This document shows, one piece after another, positions 9,589 through 19,840 of a DNA stretch of 64,000 nt (the stretch's first letter is position 1; each line of letters begins with the position of its first letter). This DNA comes from Candidatus Aenigmatarchaeota archaeon. Lineage in GTDB: Archaea; Aenigmatarchaeota; Aenigmatarchaeia; QMZP01; QMZT01. The stretch lies in contig JAPLVC010000004.1 in the NCBI GenBank assembly GCA_026397315.1, positions 1-64,000 of the forward strand. The letters run 5' to 3'. Made by a program: the position numbers and the translations under genes. The notes beneath the pieces are model-generated. The model did not search any database. It had not been told where the DNA came from and saw only the letters and a program-made list of their open reading frames with translations.

Positions 9589-10272
9589 GTGGTGAGTATG
9601 AAGATAAAAGCGATTCTATTCGACCTGGACAACACGCTGATAGACTTCATGCTGATGAAGCGCATGTCGTGCGAGGCCGCGATAGACGCGATGGTCAGCG
9701 CCGGCCTGAAGATGGACAGGCAGAAGGCGATGAAAATACTTTTCGAGCTATACGGAGCGAAGGGCATCGAATACAACCGCATCTTCCAGGAGTTCCTCAA
9801 AAAGACGACGGGCAAAGTGGACTACAGGATTCTTGCGGAGGGGATTGTCGCCTATCGCAAGGCACAGGTCTCTTACGTCAAGCCCTATGCGGGGACTGTC
9901 AGGACGCTCATGAAGCTCAGGGAAGCCGGCCTCAAGCTCGGCATAGTGTCGGACGCGCCGTCGATAAACGCGTGGATACGCCTCATAGAAATGAAGCTTG
10001 ACCACTTCTTCGACGTGGTCGTGACGTTCAACGACACTGGCGAGAAGAAGCCGTCGAAGTTCCCGTTCCTCAAGGCCGTTAAGGAGATAGGCGAGAGGCC
10101 GGAGAACATACTGTTCGTCGGCGACTGGCCGGAGCGCGACATACAGGGCGCGAAAGCGCTGGGGATGAGAACAGCATTCGCGAAATACGGCAGCATCAAG
10201 AAGCCGGGTCCGCAGCTGAGGGCCGACTACGTTCTCAGGAGCGTCGAGGACATACTGGAAATAGTGCGTTGA
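9589..10272 (+). CDS. HAD-superfamily hydrolase
   Basis: Motif I FDLDNTL, motif III K near residue 150, motif IV VGDWPERD. Confidence 0.8.
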   Translation: MVSMKIKAILFDLDNTLIDFMLMKRMSCEAAIDAMVSAGLKMDRQKAMKILFELYGAKGIEYNRIFQEFLKKTTGKVDYRILAEGIVAYRKAQVSYVKPYAGTVRTLMKLREAGLKLGIVSDAPSINAWIRLIEMKLDHFFDVVVTFNDTGEKKPSKFPFLKAVKEIGERPENILFVGDWPERDIQGAKALGMRTAFAKYGSIKKPGPQLRADYVLRSVEDILEIVR

Positions 10273-10353
10273 AAATAACGCGTGGAAACGCTTCTTTTAA
10301 CAATAAAAAGTTTTGCGTGCAAATAATATAATTGACACGATAGCGGTTTTCTG

Positions 10354-11124
10354 ATGAAAATCGATAAATATCAATACGGAGTACAATACGGACCAGTTCT
10401 TGACTTACAAGAATTTCAACATTACGATGGCCGCCGCGTAGAAACCATCAAACAGGAATTCTATAAAGGCAAAACCGTTGAAAAAATCGAAGATGTGGAA
10501 AAGCTTTTTTTCGAGAATCCTAATATCCCCGTGAACAAAAGATGGGTCGCACATAGCGCAATGGTCCATTATCTCGCCGAATGCATTGCTGAGTTCATGA
10601 CAATGGGACGGCAGGAAAGCATGGATTTGAGATATGCGGCACTGCTTCACGATGTCGGCAAAATATTATGTTACGATCCCAAGGCGCTCAACAGACGAGG
10701 CGGTCTAACTTCGGAGGAATCTGATGCCATGTTGTTTCACCCGGAAGTGGGCGTTGAAATACTGAAACGCCTGAACGAGGGAGACAGACTTGGGATAAAC
10801 GAAGCCATTCTGGCTGGCGTGGGAGACCATCATGAGCTTTACGATGGCAGCGGCTACCCGAGAGGTGCTGTGGGAAAGAAAATATCCAAGCCGGGCAGAA
10901 TATTGGCTATATTGGACAGTGTGGACGCCTGCTGCGGCGACAGGCCTTACAAAAAAGCACCCCTGAGCCCGGCACAAATCGCGCAGGACATAGAAGCCAA
11001 CAGCGGCATCAAATATGACCCTGACTTCTGCGACGCCTTCCTGGAAATGATAAGAAAGGACGGCAAGGCGTTCGATGCCATCAACACGAACAACCCCGTG
11101 CGCTCCCTTTTTTCGTTTGACTGA
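10354..11124 (+). CDS. HD-GYP domain phosphohydrolase
   Basis: LLHDVGK HD motif and DHHELYDGSGYP HD-GYP signature. Confidence 0.75.
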   Translation: MKIDKYQYGVQYGPVLDLQEFQHYDGRRVETIKQEFYKGKTVEKIEDVEKLFFENPNIPVNKRWVAHSAMVHYLAECIAEFMTMGRQESMDLRYAALLHDVGKILCYDPKALNRRGGLTSEESDAMLFHPEVGVEILKRLNEGDRLGINEAILAGVGDHHELYDGSGYPRGAVGKKISKPGRILAILDSVDACCGDRPYKKAPLSPAQIAQDIEANSGIKYDPDFCDAFLEMIRKDGKAFDAINTNNPVRSLFSFD

Positions 11125-11277
11125 CACGTTTTTTTGGCTGCCGTGAAATGCGTTTTTGAACGGAAGCTTTCCATTTCACTTCTATATAAAGGCCTCTTCT
11201 GTGGCCAATAAAAACCCCTGAAACAGTTAGTTCTCTCAATTCATGGGCGGCGAAAGCGGCCGCCGAGGAAGACCATC

Positions 11278-12096
11278 ATGGACAGCGCAGAATACAGCAA
11301 GGCCAATCCAAAAATCTCAGGAAATGGCATCGAGTATGACGACCCACTCATGTATAGCGATGAGAAGATAAAGGAAATATTGCGCTCGATGAAAGGGGAA
11401 ACTTTCAGGCAGCCTGAAGTTTTTCTCGACTGGCTTTTCAAAAAAATGGAAAGTTTGGGCGTTCATACGATGTGGCTAGGACACTCCGTAAAGGTCGGCG
11501 AGCTTGCCGAGGAAGCGATGCAGGAGCTGGCCGGATATGCCGACTTCAAGAAAAAGAAATACCCCTCGATCCGCATGGGCGGCATGCTGCATGACGTCGG
11601 CAAGATACTGGCTTTCGTGGGCGAGGACAGGGAATGCAGGTCGCTTAACGGCGAAATACGCATGACAGACAAGGACCTGAAATACATGAGACTGCATACT
11701 CTGGTAGGCCGGGGCTTCATAGAGGCGATGGATCCTAAAGGCAAGATTGGCATAAACAGAGATGAGATAAATGAATGCGTGCTCTACCATCACGAGGACT
11801 GGAGCGGCTCCGGATACCCGTCAAAGCTCAAGGGCGAGGAAATACCAAAATGCGCCCGTCTCCTGAGGGTCATCGACTTCATCGACGCTGCGGGTGACAA
11901 AACTAGGCTTTGGCATCCGACGCTCTCCCATCATGATATCAGGGAAAGGCTGAAAGCGGACGAAGGTGTTATGTACGATCCCGTTTTCGCAGGCATCTTC
12001 TACGGCATGCTTGGAAAAAAGCAGATCCACGACTACCTTCATTTAAGCAACGGCCACAACGGCAGCGGCGCGGGCGCCGTAAAACTTATTCAATAA
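11278..12096 (+). CDS. HD-GYP domain phosphohydrolase (paralog)
   Basis: MLHDVGK and YHHEDWSGSGYP signatures. Confidence 0.75.
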   Translation: MDSAEYSKANPKISGNGIEYDDPLMYSDEKIKEILRSMKGETFRQPEVFLDWLFKKMESLGVHTMWLGHSVKVGELAEEAMQELAGYADFKKKKYPSIRMGGMLHDVGKILAFVGEDRECRSLNGEIRMTDKDLKYMRLHTLVGRGFIEAMDPKGKIGINRDEINECVLYHHEDWSGSGYPSKLKGEEIPKCARLLRVIDFIDAAGDKTRLWHPTLSHHDIRERLKADEGVMYDPVFAGIFYGMLGKKQIHDYLHLSNGHNGSGAGAVKLIQ

Positions 12097-12715
12097 ACTT
12101 CTTGTCTATCTTCTTGATGCCCGGTATGAAGCCTATTCTCTCATCGATTTCGTGGAGGATGTTGTCGTAGAACTGGTGCGTATTCGGAAGCCTGAGCATC
12201 AAAGAGACGATGCCGCTCTTCGCGTCGAACTTTACGTCTTGGACGATGCCGACGGTCACTATGTCCTTGCCTATGCCGGGGTCCATGACGTGGCGTAATC
12301 GCGAGCGCAGAATGCTCTCGTTTATATCCTCTGGTTTCGCGATGCCGTGCTTTTCTTCATAGTTGCGTATCGCGGCCTTCAGCGCGTCTATCGCGAGGAC
12401 GGAACAGTGAATCTTCATGGGAGGCAGCCCGCCCAGCGCCTTCGTTACGTCGCTGAACTGCATCTTCTTGGCCTGGTCTATGGTCTTTCCTTTAGCCATC
12501 TCCGTCATTATGCTCGTCGTCGCGATGTTTGCGGCGCAGCCGTAAGACTTGAACTTGATGTCCTTGATGACCTTCGTTTTTGGGTCTATCCTGAGATACA
12601 GGTTGACCATGTCACCGCATGCCAGAGAGCCTTCCGTTACCTGAGCGTCGGCCTTCTGAATCTCGCCGACGTTCTTCGGCTTGGTGAAATATTCGATGAC
12701 TTTTTTCGAATACAT
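12086..12715 (-). CDS. Fe-S cluster scaffold: IscU/NifU-like N-terminal domain fused to a DUF59 (Fe-S assembly) C-terminal domain
   Basis: IscU Cys motifs LACGD, KSYGCAAN and HCSVLA; C-terminal HVMDPGIGKDIVTVGIVQDV typical of DUF59; divergent from iscS. Confidence 0.7.
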   Translation of the reverse strand: MYSKKVIEYFTKPKNVGEIQKADAQVTEGSLACGDMVNLYLRIDPKTKVIKDIKFKSYGCAANIATTSIMTEMAKGKTIDQAKKMQFSDVTKALGGLPPMKIHCSVLAIDALKAAIRNYEEKHGIAKPEDINESILRSRLRHVMDPGIGKDIVTVGIVQDVKFDAKSGIVSLMLRLPNTHQFYDNILHEIDERIGFIPGIKKIDKKFIE

Positions 12716-12867
12716 AACGCACCTCTAGAAAATTATAATATTAGTTATAAATGGATTACTTATATTTAAAGATTATAACGCCGTTATAACTTTTTAAACC
12801 CATGCAGACAATAATGAACATCACATCAAACATCACGTTTATCTGACCATGAAGATATGGTGATATT

Positions 12868-14025
12868 ATGGAAGCTTATCTCGACAACGGAGCGACCACG
12901 AAGGTCGACCCCCGCGTGCTGAAGGCGATGATGCCTTATTTCTCGACGGCGTATGGCAACGCGTCCTCGCTGCACAAACCCGGTAGAGATGCGAAGAAGG
13001 CGATGGACCTCGCGAGGGAAGCGATAGCGAAGAAGCTGAACGCCGAGGCGGGCGAAATAATTTTCACGTCCGGAGGCACGGAATCCGACAACCTGGCGAT
13101 ACGCGGCGCGGCATACGCGAACCGCGGCAAAGGCAAACATATCATCACGACCAAAATCGAGCATCCGGCCGTTCTCAACACGTGCCGTTCGCTAGCGAAC
13201 GACGGGTTCGATATCACGTTTCTCGACGTTGATGACGAAGGATTGGTCGATATATCGGCCCTTGAGAAAGCCATAAAAAAAGATACGATTCTCGTTTCCG
13301 TCATCCACGGCAACAACGAGGTTGGCACGATTCAGGATATCGCGTGCATAGGCGCTCTCTGCAGGCAGCGTGACGTATTGTTCCATACCGATGCCGTCCA
13401 GTCTTTCGGCAAAGTGCCGATAGATGTGAAGCGGATGAACATAGACCTGCTCTCGATTTCGGGGCACAAGTTCAACGGCCCCAAAGGCATCGGAGCGCTC
13501 TATGTGCGCAGCGGGGTGAAGCTGACGCCGCTCGCTTACGGCGGCCACCACGAATTCGGGCTGCGCCCGGGAACCGAAAATATTCCCGGTATCGTAGGCC
13601 TGGCGAAGGCCGCGGAGCTCATTGGCACGCGCGAGATAAAGCAAATGGCAAAATTGCGCGACACGCTTATCAAAGGGTTGCTCTCAATCCACGAATCGTA
13701 TCTCAACGGCCCTGGAATGAAAAATTCCGGCAGGCGCCTGTGCAACAACGCTAACGTCTCTTTCAAGGGAGTCGAGGGCGAAGCGCTGCTCATGTATCTG
13801 GACACGAAAGGCGTGCGCGTTTCTACGGGCTCGGCCTGCTCCAGCCGCGACGAGGGGCCGTCGCATGTTCTGAGCGCGCTAAACGTCGACCCGGAGTGCA
13901 TCATGGGTTCGCTCAGGTTCACGCTTTCCAAATTCACGACGCGGCAGGAAATCGATTACACGGTAAAGGCGACTAAAGAGACTGTCGCCCATCTCAGGAA
14001 GGTAAGCGGGCTGAGGAGCGCATGA
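12868..14025 (+). CDS. iscS: cysteine desulfurase (class V aminotransferase, IscS/NifS)
   Basis: PLP-lysine motif SISGHKFNGPKG, catalytic Cys in STGSACSS, about 385 aa. Confidence 0.9.
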   Translation: MEAYLDNGATTKVDPRVLKAMMPYFSTAYGNASSLHKPGRDAKKAMDLAREAIAKKLNAEAGEIIFTSGGTESDNLAIRGAAYANRGKGKHIITTKIEHPAVLNTCRSLANDGFDITFLDVDDEGLVDISALEKAIKKDTILVSVIHGNNEVGTIQDIACIGALCRQRDVLFHTDAVQSFGKVPIDVKRMNIDLLSISGHKFNGPKGIGALYVRSGVKLTPLAYGGHHEFGLRPGTENIPGIVGLAKAAELIGTREIKQMAKLRDTLIKGLLSIHESYLNGPGMKNSGRRLCNNANVSFKGVEGEALLMYLDTKGVRVSTGSACSSRDEGPSHVLSALNVDPECIMGSLRFTLSKFTTRQEIDYTVKATKETVAHLRKVSGLRSA

Positions 14026-14426
14026 ACACGAAAACAAGGCTTGCGATAGACGCGCTTATAGTGACGCAGGATAAGAAAGTCGTCCTCGTACGAAGGCGAT
14101 TCTTCCCGTTCATCGGCAGCTACGCGATTCCGGGCGGCTTCATAGAATTCGGCGAAGCCGTCGAGAAGACGTGCGTGCGCGAGGCCTTCGAGGAGACCGG
14201 CCTTAAAGTCAAGATAGTCAAGCTTCTGGGCGTTTATTCGAAGATGGGCCGCGACCCGAGAGGGCATACTGTTTCCATAATTTATCTTTGCAAGCCCGTC
14301 GGTGGCAGTATAATAGAAAGCTCGGACGAGACTTACGACGTCAAAGCGTTCAGCAGGAGCGAGCTGAGAAAACTCAAGTTCGCCTTCGACCACAAGAAAA
14401 TCCTGAAGGACGCGGGCCTTTTGTGA
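14022..14426 (+). CDS. NUDIX hydrolase
   Basis: Nudix box GGFIEFGEAVEKTCVREAFEETGL; overlaps the iscS stop by 4 nt. Confidence 0.85.
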   Translation: MNTKTRLAIDALIVTQDKKVVLVRRRFFPFIGSYAIPGGFIEFGEAVEKTCVREAFEETGLKVKIVKLLGVYSKMGRDPRGHTVSIIYLCKPVGGSIIESSDETYDVKAFSRSELRKLKFAFDHKKILKDAGLL

Positions 14427-14429
14427 AGG

Positions 14430-15542
14430 TTACAACCTCACGTCATCCTGAGTTTTGAAATTCCCGTTGTACTCGCCATTGCCCTTGCCGTTCAGCGACA
14501 GCGGCATCATGAAAGCGAATTCATCCCCCACGCTGAACATTTTACCGAGCTTGTGACGGGCCCTTCCCGAAAGCCTCCTGAGCGAGTTTTCGAAGACGGT
14601 CTTGTTCTTTGAGCCGTTGTGTATTATCCCGGAATTTCCAGTCACCAGTATGTCGTTGCAGAGGTTGAGAAACAGATTCCCTATTTTATAGTCGCTGACC
14701 AGGCCTTCGGTGATGTCGCCCATATACCCGCTGCCCAGCCTGAACTCGAAAACATACGCCGGACGAGACGCATCGACTCGCTCGTTGCTTGCAGACAGGT
14801 TGAAAGGGAACATTTCCGGGCGCATAACTATTTCGCTGAAAGAGCCGCTCTTCATGAGCTTTTCCGCGTCCTGTTTTCCCTCGCTCCATCTTATTTTAGC
14901 GCCTTTCTGTTTCTCCATGCCCAGAAAGTTTGGCGAAAGGGTGAACGCGTAGCCGTTCATGTTGCCAAGTCTTAACCGGTGGTATTCCGTAACGTCTTTT
15001 CCTTCGTAAAAAAGCTTGATGTCCCCGGTTTTCACATAAGTCGGCTTTTGGGCGTATTGCGTGACCATTAATTGCAGGAGTCTGGGCTGCTGGTCTATGA
15101 CGCATGGAACGCTTCCCTCGTTCGTTATGAACACCTTTATCCTACCATCTTCACCCATCTCAGCCATGTCATGCCTGTCCAGCGCGAGTGAGTAAATGCC
15201 GTTCCTGTTGAAGCCGATGACATTAAGACCCATCCTTGCCGCGCGGCTCCTGGTTTGCAGGCAAAGATACTCACCGTCGTTCAGCTCTGCGTTCACCGGA
15301 GTGTCGCCCGTCACGACCTGACCGGGCTCGATATCGAACGGCATTTTCAGCTTGTCTCCGTAGCGGCTGTAAAAGTCCGTGACAGGCACGTCTACGGTGA
15401 CTGGCGATTTGCCGTCCGTTATCTCGTAGTTTCCGAATACGGCCAGTTTGCCCAGCGTGGCTGAAGAAGGAAGGACCAAAAAATTCGATACGTCCAGATA
15501 GTGCCTGTCTTTCCAATGGCCCGTCTGCCTCGCGCCTATCAT
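14430..15542 (-). CDS. hypothetical protein (370 aa)
   Basis: Long ORF with GC-rich codon usage like the host backbone; no recognisable motif. Confidence 0.4.
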   Translation of the reverse strand: MIGARQTGHWKDRHYLDVSNFLVLPSSATLGKLAVFGNYEITDGKSPVTVDVPVTDFYSRYGDKLKMPFDIEPGQVVTGDTPVNAELNDGEYLCLQTRSRAARMGLNVIGFNRNGIYSLALDRHDMAEMGEDGRIKVFITNEGSVPCVIDQQPRLLQLMVTQYAQKPTYVKTGDIKLFYEGKDVTEYHRLRLGNMNGYAFTLSPNFLGMEKQKGAKIRWSEGKQDAEKLMKSGSFSEIVMRPEMFPFNLSASNERVDASRPAYVFEFRLGSGYMGDITEGLVSDYKIGNLFLNLCNDILVTGNSGIIHNGSKNKTVFENSLRRLSGRARHKLGKMFSVGDEFAFMMPLSLNGKGNGEYNGNFKTQDDVRL

Positions 15543-15652
15543 TTTACCACAAAATTCCTGAAGATTACAACTATCGCGGTAAGTTTTAAATCAGGATATT
15601 TTCCCACGCGTTTAAACGCGGGTATTTTAACCCGGACGTTCAAAATAATTTC

Positions 15653-16462
15653 ATGGCCAGGAAATTATTCTCTCTTTCAAGCGACTTCGGCGTCGGCACT
15701 CCCGGCATCGGCATAATGAGGTCCGTCATTCTTGAGATGTGCTCCGGCGCGGAGATAATAGACCTGTGGCACGGCATCCCGGGCTTCGAGATAACAGAGG
15801 GCGCGTGGACCATAGAAAGCGTCGCGCAGTTACCGGTGGGATATCATGTCTGCGTCGTCGACCCGGGAGTCGGAACGGAACGCAGGGGCATCATAATCAA
15901 GACGAAACGAGGCGATTACCTCATAGGGCCGGACAACGGCCTTCTGATACCCGCGACAAGAATGCTCGGCGGCATAGTTAAAGTAGTTGAAATAACGAAC
16001 GAGAAGTTCATGCGCAAACCAGTCTGCCCTGTTTTTCATGGTCGCGACGTCTTCGCGCCTGCAGCCGCGTGGCTCTCGAAAGGTGCCCGCATAGAGCAGT
16101 TCGGCCAGGAGATTGACCCGAAGAAGCTTGTCAAGGCGCCTTACGAGGAAGGGTCTGTCTCGAATGGCACCGTTTCTGGCGAAGTCATTCACGTAAACCA
16201 TTTCGGCAGCGTTGCTATTAACATCATCAATGACGAGTTCGCGAAATCGGGCATAAAATACAAGGACGACATCGAGATAGACACGAGCGTCAAGCGAATA
16301 AACACGAAATTCCTGAAAGCGTTCGGTGAGGTGACGAAGGGCGAGGTCATAGTCATTCCCGACGATTGCGGCAGAATTGAAATCGCCGTAAACCAGGGGC
16401 GTTTTGATGAAAAGTTCGGCGTCAAGGTCGGGGACAAGATAACGATAAAAAAATCATTGTGA
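15653..16462 (+). CDS. SAM hydroxide adenosyltransferase (DUF62; fluorinase/chlorinase-like SAM hydrolase)
   Basis: DFGVGTPGIG and VVDPGVGTERR motifs typical of the family, about 270 aa. Confidence 0.75.
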   Translation: MARKLFSLSSDFGVGTPGIGIMRSVILEMCSGAEIIDLWHGIPGFEITEGAWTIESVAQLPVGYHVCVVDPGVGTERRGIIIKTKRGDYLIGPDNGLLIPATRMLGGIVKVVEITNEKFMRKPVCPVFHGRDVFAPAAAWLSKGARIEQFGQEIDPKKLVKAPYEEGSVSNGTVSGEVIHVNHFGSVAINIINDEFAKSGIKYKDDIEIDTSVKRINTKFLKAFGEVTKGEVIVIPDDCGRIEIAVNQGRFDEKFGVKVGDKITIKKSL

Positions 16463-16480
16463 GAACCGAAGAGATACGTT

Positions 16481-17782
16481 ATGGTCAAAGGCGACTTGAA
16501 AATATTCGGCATGGCTCCTGAGTCGGGGAGATGGGTTCTTGTTATCGCCGGCCTGCTTATCGAGTTCTGCCTCGGCGCGGTTTACGCCTACAGCATTCTC
16601 AGCGTCCCGCTGAAGGAATTGTTCACGGCCCCCGTCGCCAGCGGCGGTTTCGGCCTGATAGTAAGCGCGACAGAAATGCAGCTGCCTTACATTGTTTCTT
16701 TGCTGGTATTCGCGCTCACCATGCCTCAGGTGGGCAAATACATAGAGAAATACGGGCCGAGAAAGATCGGCATGATAGGCGGAGTCGTCGTGGGCCTCGG
16801 CTGGTTCCTGGCGTCGTTCGCCACGTCTCCTATCAGCCTCGCGGTCCTTTATGGCATTGTCGCAGGCGTGGGAGTGGGCCTAGCCTACAACTGTCCCATC
16901 ACGACGATGGCCAGATGGTTCCCTGACAAGCGCGGTCTGGCGGTCGGACTGACACTCCTGGGATTCGGCTTCTCCGCTGCGGTCACGGGGCCGGTAGCAG
17001 ATTACCTTACGGCGAATTTCGGCGGCGTGTTCAACTCGTTCCGCATCATGGGTGTCGTTTTCCTTTTGCTCATAGTGGCGCTGTCCATGCTTTTGAAGTT
17101 TCCGCCTTCCGGCTGGTCACCTAAAGGATGGAAGCCTCCCAAGCCCAAAGCCAAGGTCGCAAAGACAGAATTCACTAGAAGCGAGATGACAAAGACCAGG
17201 GCATTCTACGCCCTGTGGATATGCTACACCATAGGCACGCTCGCGGGACTTATGGCCATAGGCCTGGCCAAGCCCGTCGGGCTCGAGATCGCTAACAATG
17301 CAGGCATGGCAGCCGTCGCAGCGTCCGCTTTAATGACGACTCTCATAATACCTTTCGCCTTCTTCAACGGCTGCGGCAGGCCGGTGTTCGGCTGGCTGAC
17401 GGACAGGCTCACGCCCCAGAGAGCTGTCATGATAACTTATCTGCTCATCATCGCCGCGTCGCTGCTGCTGTTCATGAACCCCGCGTCGCTGGCTGCTTAC
17501 ATGGTGAGCTTCGCCATGCTGTGGGCGTGCCTCGGAGGATGGCTGGCCATAGCGCCGACAGCCGCAGCAAGCTACTTCGGGACAAAGGACTACGCGAGAA
17601 ACTACGGCCTGATTTTCACAGCGTATGGCGCAGGCGCTGTCATCGGCAACCTGCTGGCAGGCCAGGCGAAAGACATTCTCGGCAGCTACGTGATGGTCCT
17701 GCCTTTCGTCGCAGTGATTGCGGCATTTGGCATGGTTATCGCTTTTGTGATGCTGAAACCGCCAAAACAGGCAGCAGGATAA
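16481..17782 (+). CDS. MFS transporter, oxalate/formate antiporter (OFA)-like
   Basis: 12 predicted TM segments; the MARWFPDKRGLAVG loop motif is typical of OFA-family MFS. Confidence 0.7.
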   Translation: MVKGDLKIFGMAPESGRWVLVIAGLLIEFCLGAVYAYSILSVPLKELFTAPVASGGFGLIVSATEMQLPYIVSLLVFALTMPQVGKYIEKYGPRKIGMIGGVVVGLGWFLASFATSPISLAVLYGIVAGVGVGLAYNCPITTMARWFPDKRGLAVGLTLLGFGFSAAVTGPVADYLTANFGGVFNSFRIMGVVFLLLIVALSMLLKFPPSGWSPKGWKPPKPKAKVAKTEFTRSEMTKTRAFYALWICYTIGTLAGLMAIGLAKPVGLEIANNAGMAAVAASALMTTLIIPFAFFNGCGRPVFGWLTDRLTPQRAVMITYLLIIAASLLLFMNPASLAAYMVSFAMLWACLGGWLAIAPTAAASYFGTKDYARNYGLIFTAYGAGAVIGNLLAGQAKDILGSYVMVLPFVAVIAAFGMVIAFVMLKPPKQAAG

Positions 17783-17832
17783 ATTATTTAAAAAACGCAA
17801 TTATTATTTCTATATTGATATTTCCGGAGAAT

Positions 17833-19815
17833 ATGGAAGTGATATTGATGAAAAATGTAAAATGGGTTGTCGAGGACGAAAAGAGGAAGCATGTTTACTG
17901 GCCTTCAGAACACATGAAAAAGAGGGCATGGGTTTCCGACCATTCCGTCTATCAGGAAGCTGAAAAGGATCCTGTGGCATTTCTTGCGAAAAAGGCGCAT
18001 GAAGGTCTTGACTGGAAAAAGAAATGGAACACGGAATACCATCACGACGAGCACAAGCCTTGGGATTTCAAATGGTTCATCGGGGGAGAGATAAACGCTT
18101 CCTACAACGCGCTGGACAGGCATGTTAAAGCCGGGAAAGCTGACAAGACGGCTTTCATATGGGTGCCAGAGCTGACCGAAGAGGCGCCGAAAAAAATAAC
18201 TTACAAGGAGCTCTATGACGAGGTAAACAAGTTCGCGAACGTGCTGAAAAAGCTCGGCGTCAAGAGAGGCGACAGGGTCGGCATATATCTGCCGATGATA
18301 CCGGAGGTCATAGTTTCAATGATGGCCTGCGCCAGGCTGGGAGCGGTGCACAGCGTCGTATTCTCCGCTTTCAGCGGCGAGTCGCTCAAGGACAGGCTCA
18401 TAGACGCCGACGCTAAAGTTCTGGTAACCGCGGACAGCTGCTACAGGAGAGGAAAGGTCTTGGACCTCAAGAGCAACGCGGACATAGGCGTCGCCGGGAC
18501 GGACGTGGAGCATGTCGTCGTGGTCAAAAGGACGGGCAACGCAATCACTTGGAACGATGCGAAGGACCAGTGGTGGCACGACCTCATGAAGGACGCGGAA
18601 GACTACTGCGAGCCCGAGTTCGTCGAGAGCAACGAGACTCTTTTCATACTTTACACGAGCGGCACGACAGGCAAGCCGAAGGGAATCGTGCACGATACAG
18701 GCGGCTATCTCACGCAGGCCTACTGGACGACTAAATGGAACTTCGACCTGCACGACGACGACATTTTCTGGTGCACGGCGGACATAGGCTGGGTGACAGG
18801 CCACACGTACGGCTGCTACGGCCCGCTGCTGGTAGGGGCGACGATGCTCATGTTCGAGGGAGCGCCGGACTATCCGGATCCGGGGAGATGGTGGAAGACA
18901 GTCGAGGATTATAAAGTGACGGTCTTCTACACCGCGCCGACCGCGATACGCATGTTCATGAAATTCGGAGACGAATGGGTGAAGAAGCACGACCTTGGGA
19001 CGCTGCGGCTGCTCGGCTCGGTAGGCGAGCCCATAAACCACGACGCGTGGATGTGGTATTTCGAAGTCATCGGCGGCGGACGCTGCCCGATAATAGACAC
19101 GTGGTGGCAGACCGAGACCGGCGGGACGCTCATCAACACGCTACCGGGCATCGGACCTTTCATACCCACGGTCTCCGGCCGCGACTTCCCCGGCAAGAAG
19201 CACGTCATCGTCAATGAGGAAGGCCAGGAAGTGAAGCCCGGTGAATCAGGATACCTCATTCAGAAACCGCCGTTCGCTCCAGGCATGTTCAGAGGCATAC
19301 ACAAGGACGAGAAAAAATACATCGAAAATTACTGGACCAGATTCCCCGGTCACTACGACACAAGTGACGGCGCGAGACTCAACGAGGACGACACCATCAG
19401 GATTACGGGAAGAGTCGATGATGTTATGAAGGTCGCAGGCCACAGGCTGTCGACAGGAGAGCTGGAGGACGCCATAAACAAACACCCGCTAGCGCGCGAG
19501 TCGGCGGTTGTTCCGAAGCCCGATAACATAAAGGGCGAGGTGCCGGTCGCCTTCATCATACTCAGGGACCCTTCGAAAGCGTCTGAAGAGCTGAAGAAGG
19601 ATATCGTGAAGCACATAGACAAGACCATAGGCCCGATAGCGAGGCCGTCTGAGATATATTTCGTCCACGACGTGCCCAAGACGAGGTCAGGCAAAATAAT
19701 GAGAAGAATCTTGCGCGCGTTAGTAAGGGGCGACGCTGACGTGGGAAGCACAATAACCCTGATGAACCCGGAGTGCGTCGAGGAGCTTAAGAAGATGGTG
19801 CAGCACCACGGCTAG
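17833..19815 (+). CDS. acs: acetyl-CoA synthetase (AMP-forming)
   Basis: YTSGTTGKPKG AMP-binding motif, WWQTETG, and the C-terminal PKTRSGKIMRR motif. The six-frame ORF extends upstream into the MFS gene, so the start was placed at the Met of MEVILMKNVKW. Confidence 0.9.
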   Translation: MEVILMKNVKWVVEDEKRKHVYWPSEHMKKRAWVSDHSVYQEAEKDPVAFLAKKAHEGLDWKKKWNTEYHHDEHKPWDFKWFIGGEINASYNALDRHVKAGKADKTAFIWVPELTEEAPKKITYKELYDEVNKFANVLKKLGVKRGDRVGIYLPMIPEVIVSMMACARLGAVHSVVFSAFSGESLKDRLIDADAKVLVTADSCYRRGKVLDLKSNADIGVAGTDVEHVVVVKRTGNAITWNDAKDQWWHDLMKDAEDYCEPEFVESNETLFILYTSGTTGKPKGIVHDTGGYLTQAYWTTKWNFDLHDDDIFWCTADIGWVTGHTYGCYGPLLVGATMLMFEGAPDYPDPGRWWKTVEDYKVTVFYTAPTAIRMFMKFGDEWVKKHDLGTLRLLGSVGEPINHDAWMWYFEVIGGGRCPIIDTWWQTETGGTLINTLPGIGPFIPTVSGRDFPGKKHVIVNEEGQEVKPGESGYLIQKPPFAPGMFRGIHKDEKKYIENYWTRFPGHYDTSDGARLNEDDTIRITGRVDDVMKVAGHRLSTGELEDAINKHPLARESAVVPKPDNIKGEVPVAFIILRDPSKASEELKKDIVKHIDKTIGPIARPSEIYFVHDVPKTRSGKIMRRILRALVRGDADVGSTITLMNPECVEELKKMVQHHG

Positions 19816-19840
19816 ATGCAAGGAAGCGCAAGGAATATGC

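Noticed and set aside
17521-17832. Upstream extension of the acs ORF, overlapping the MFS transporter gene by about 260 nt
   Set aside because: The extension translates to Arg/Pro-rich junk, and the conserved Acs N-terminus begins at MEVILMKNVKW (17833), which has an upstream purine-rich RBS-like sequence
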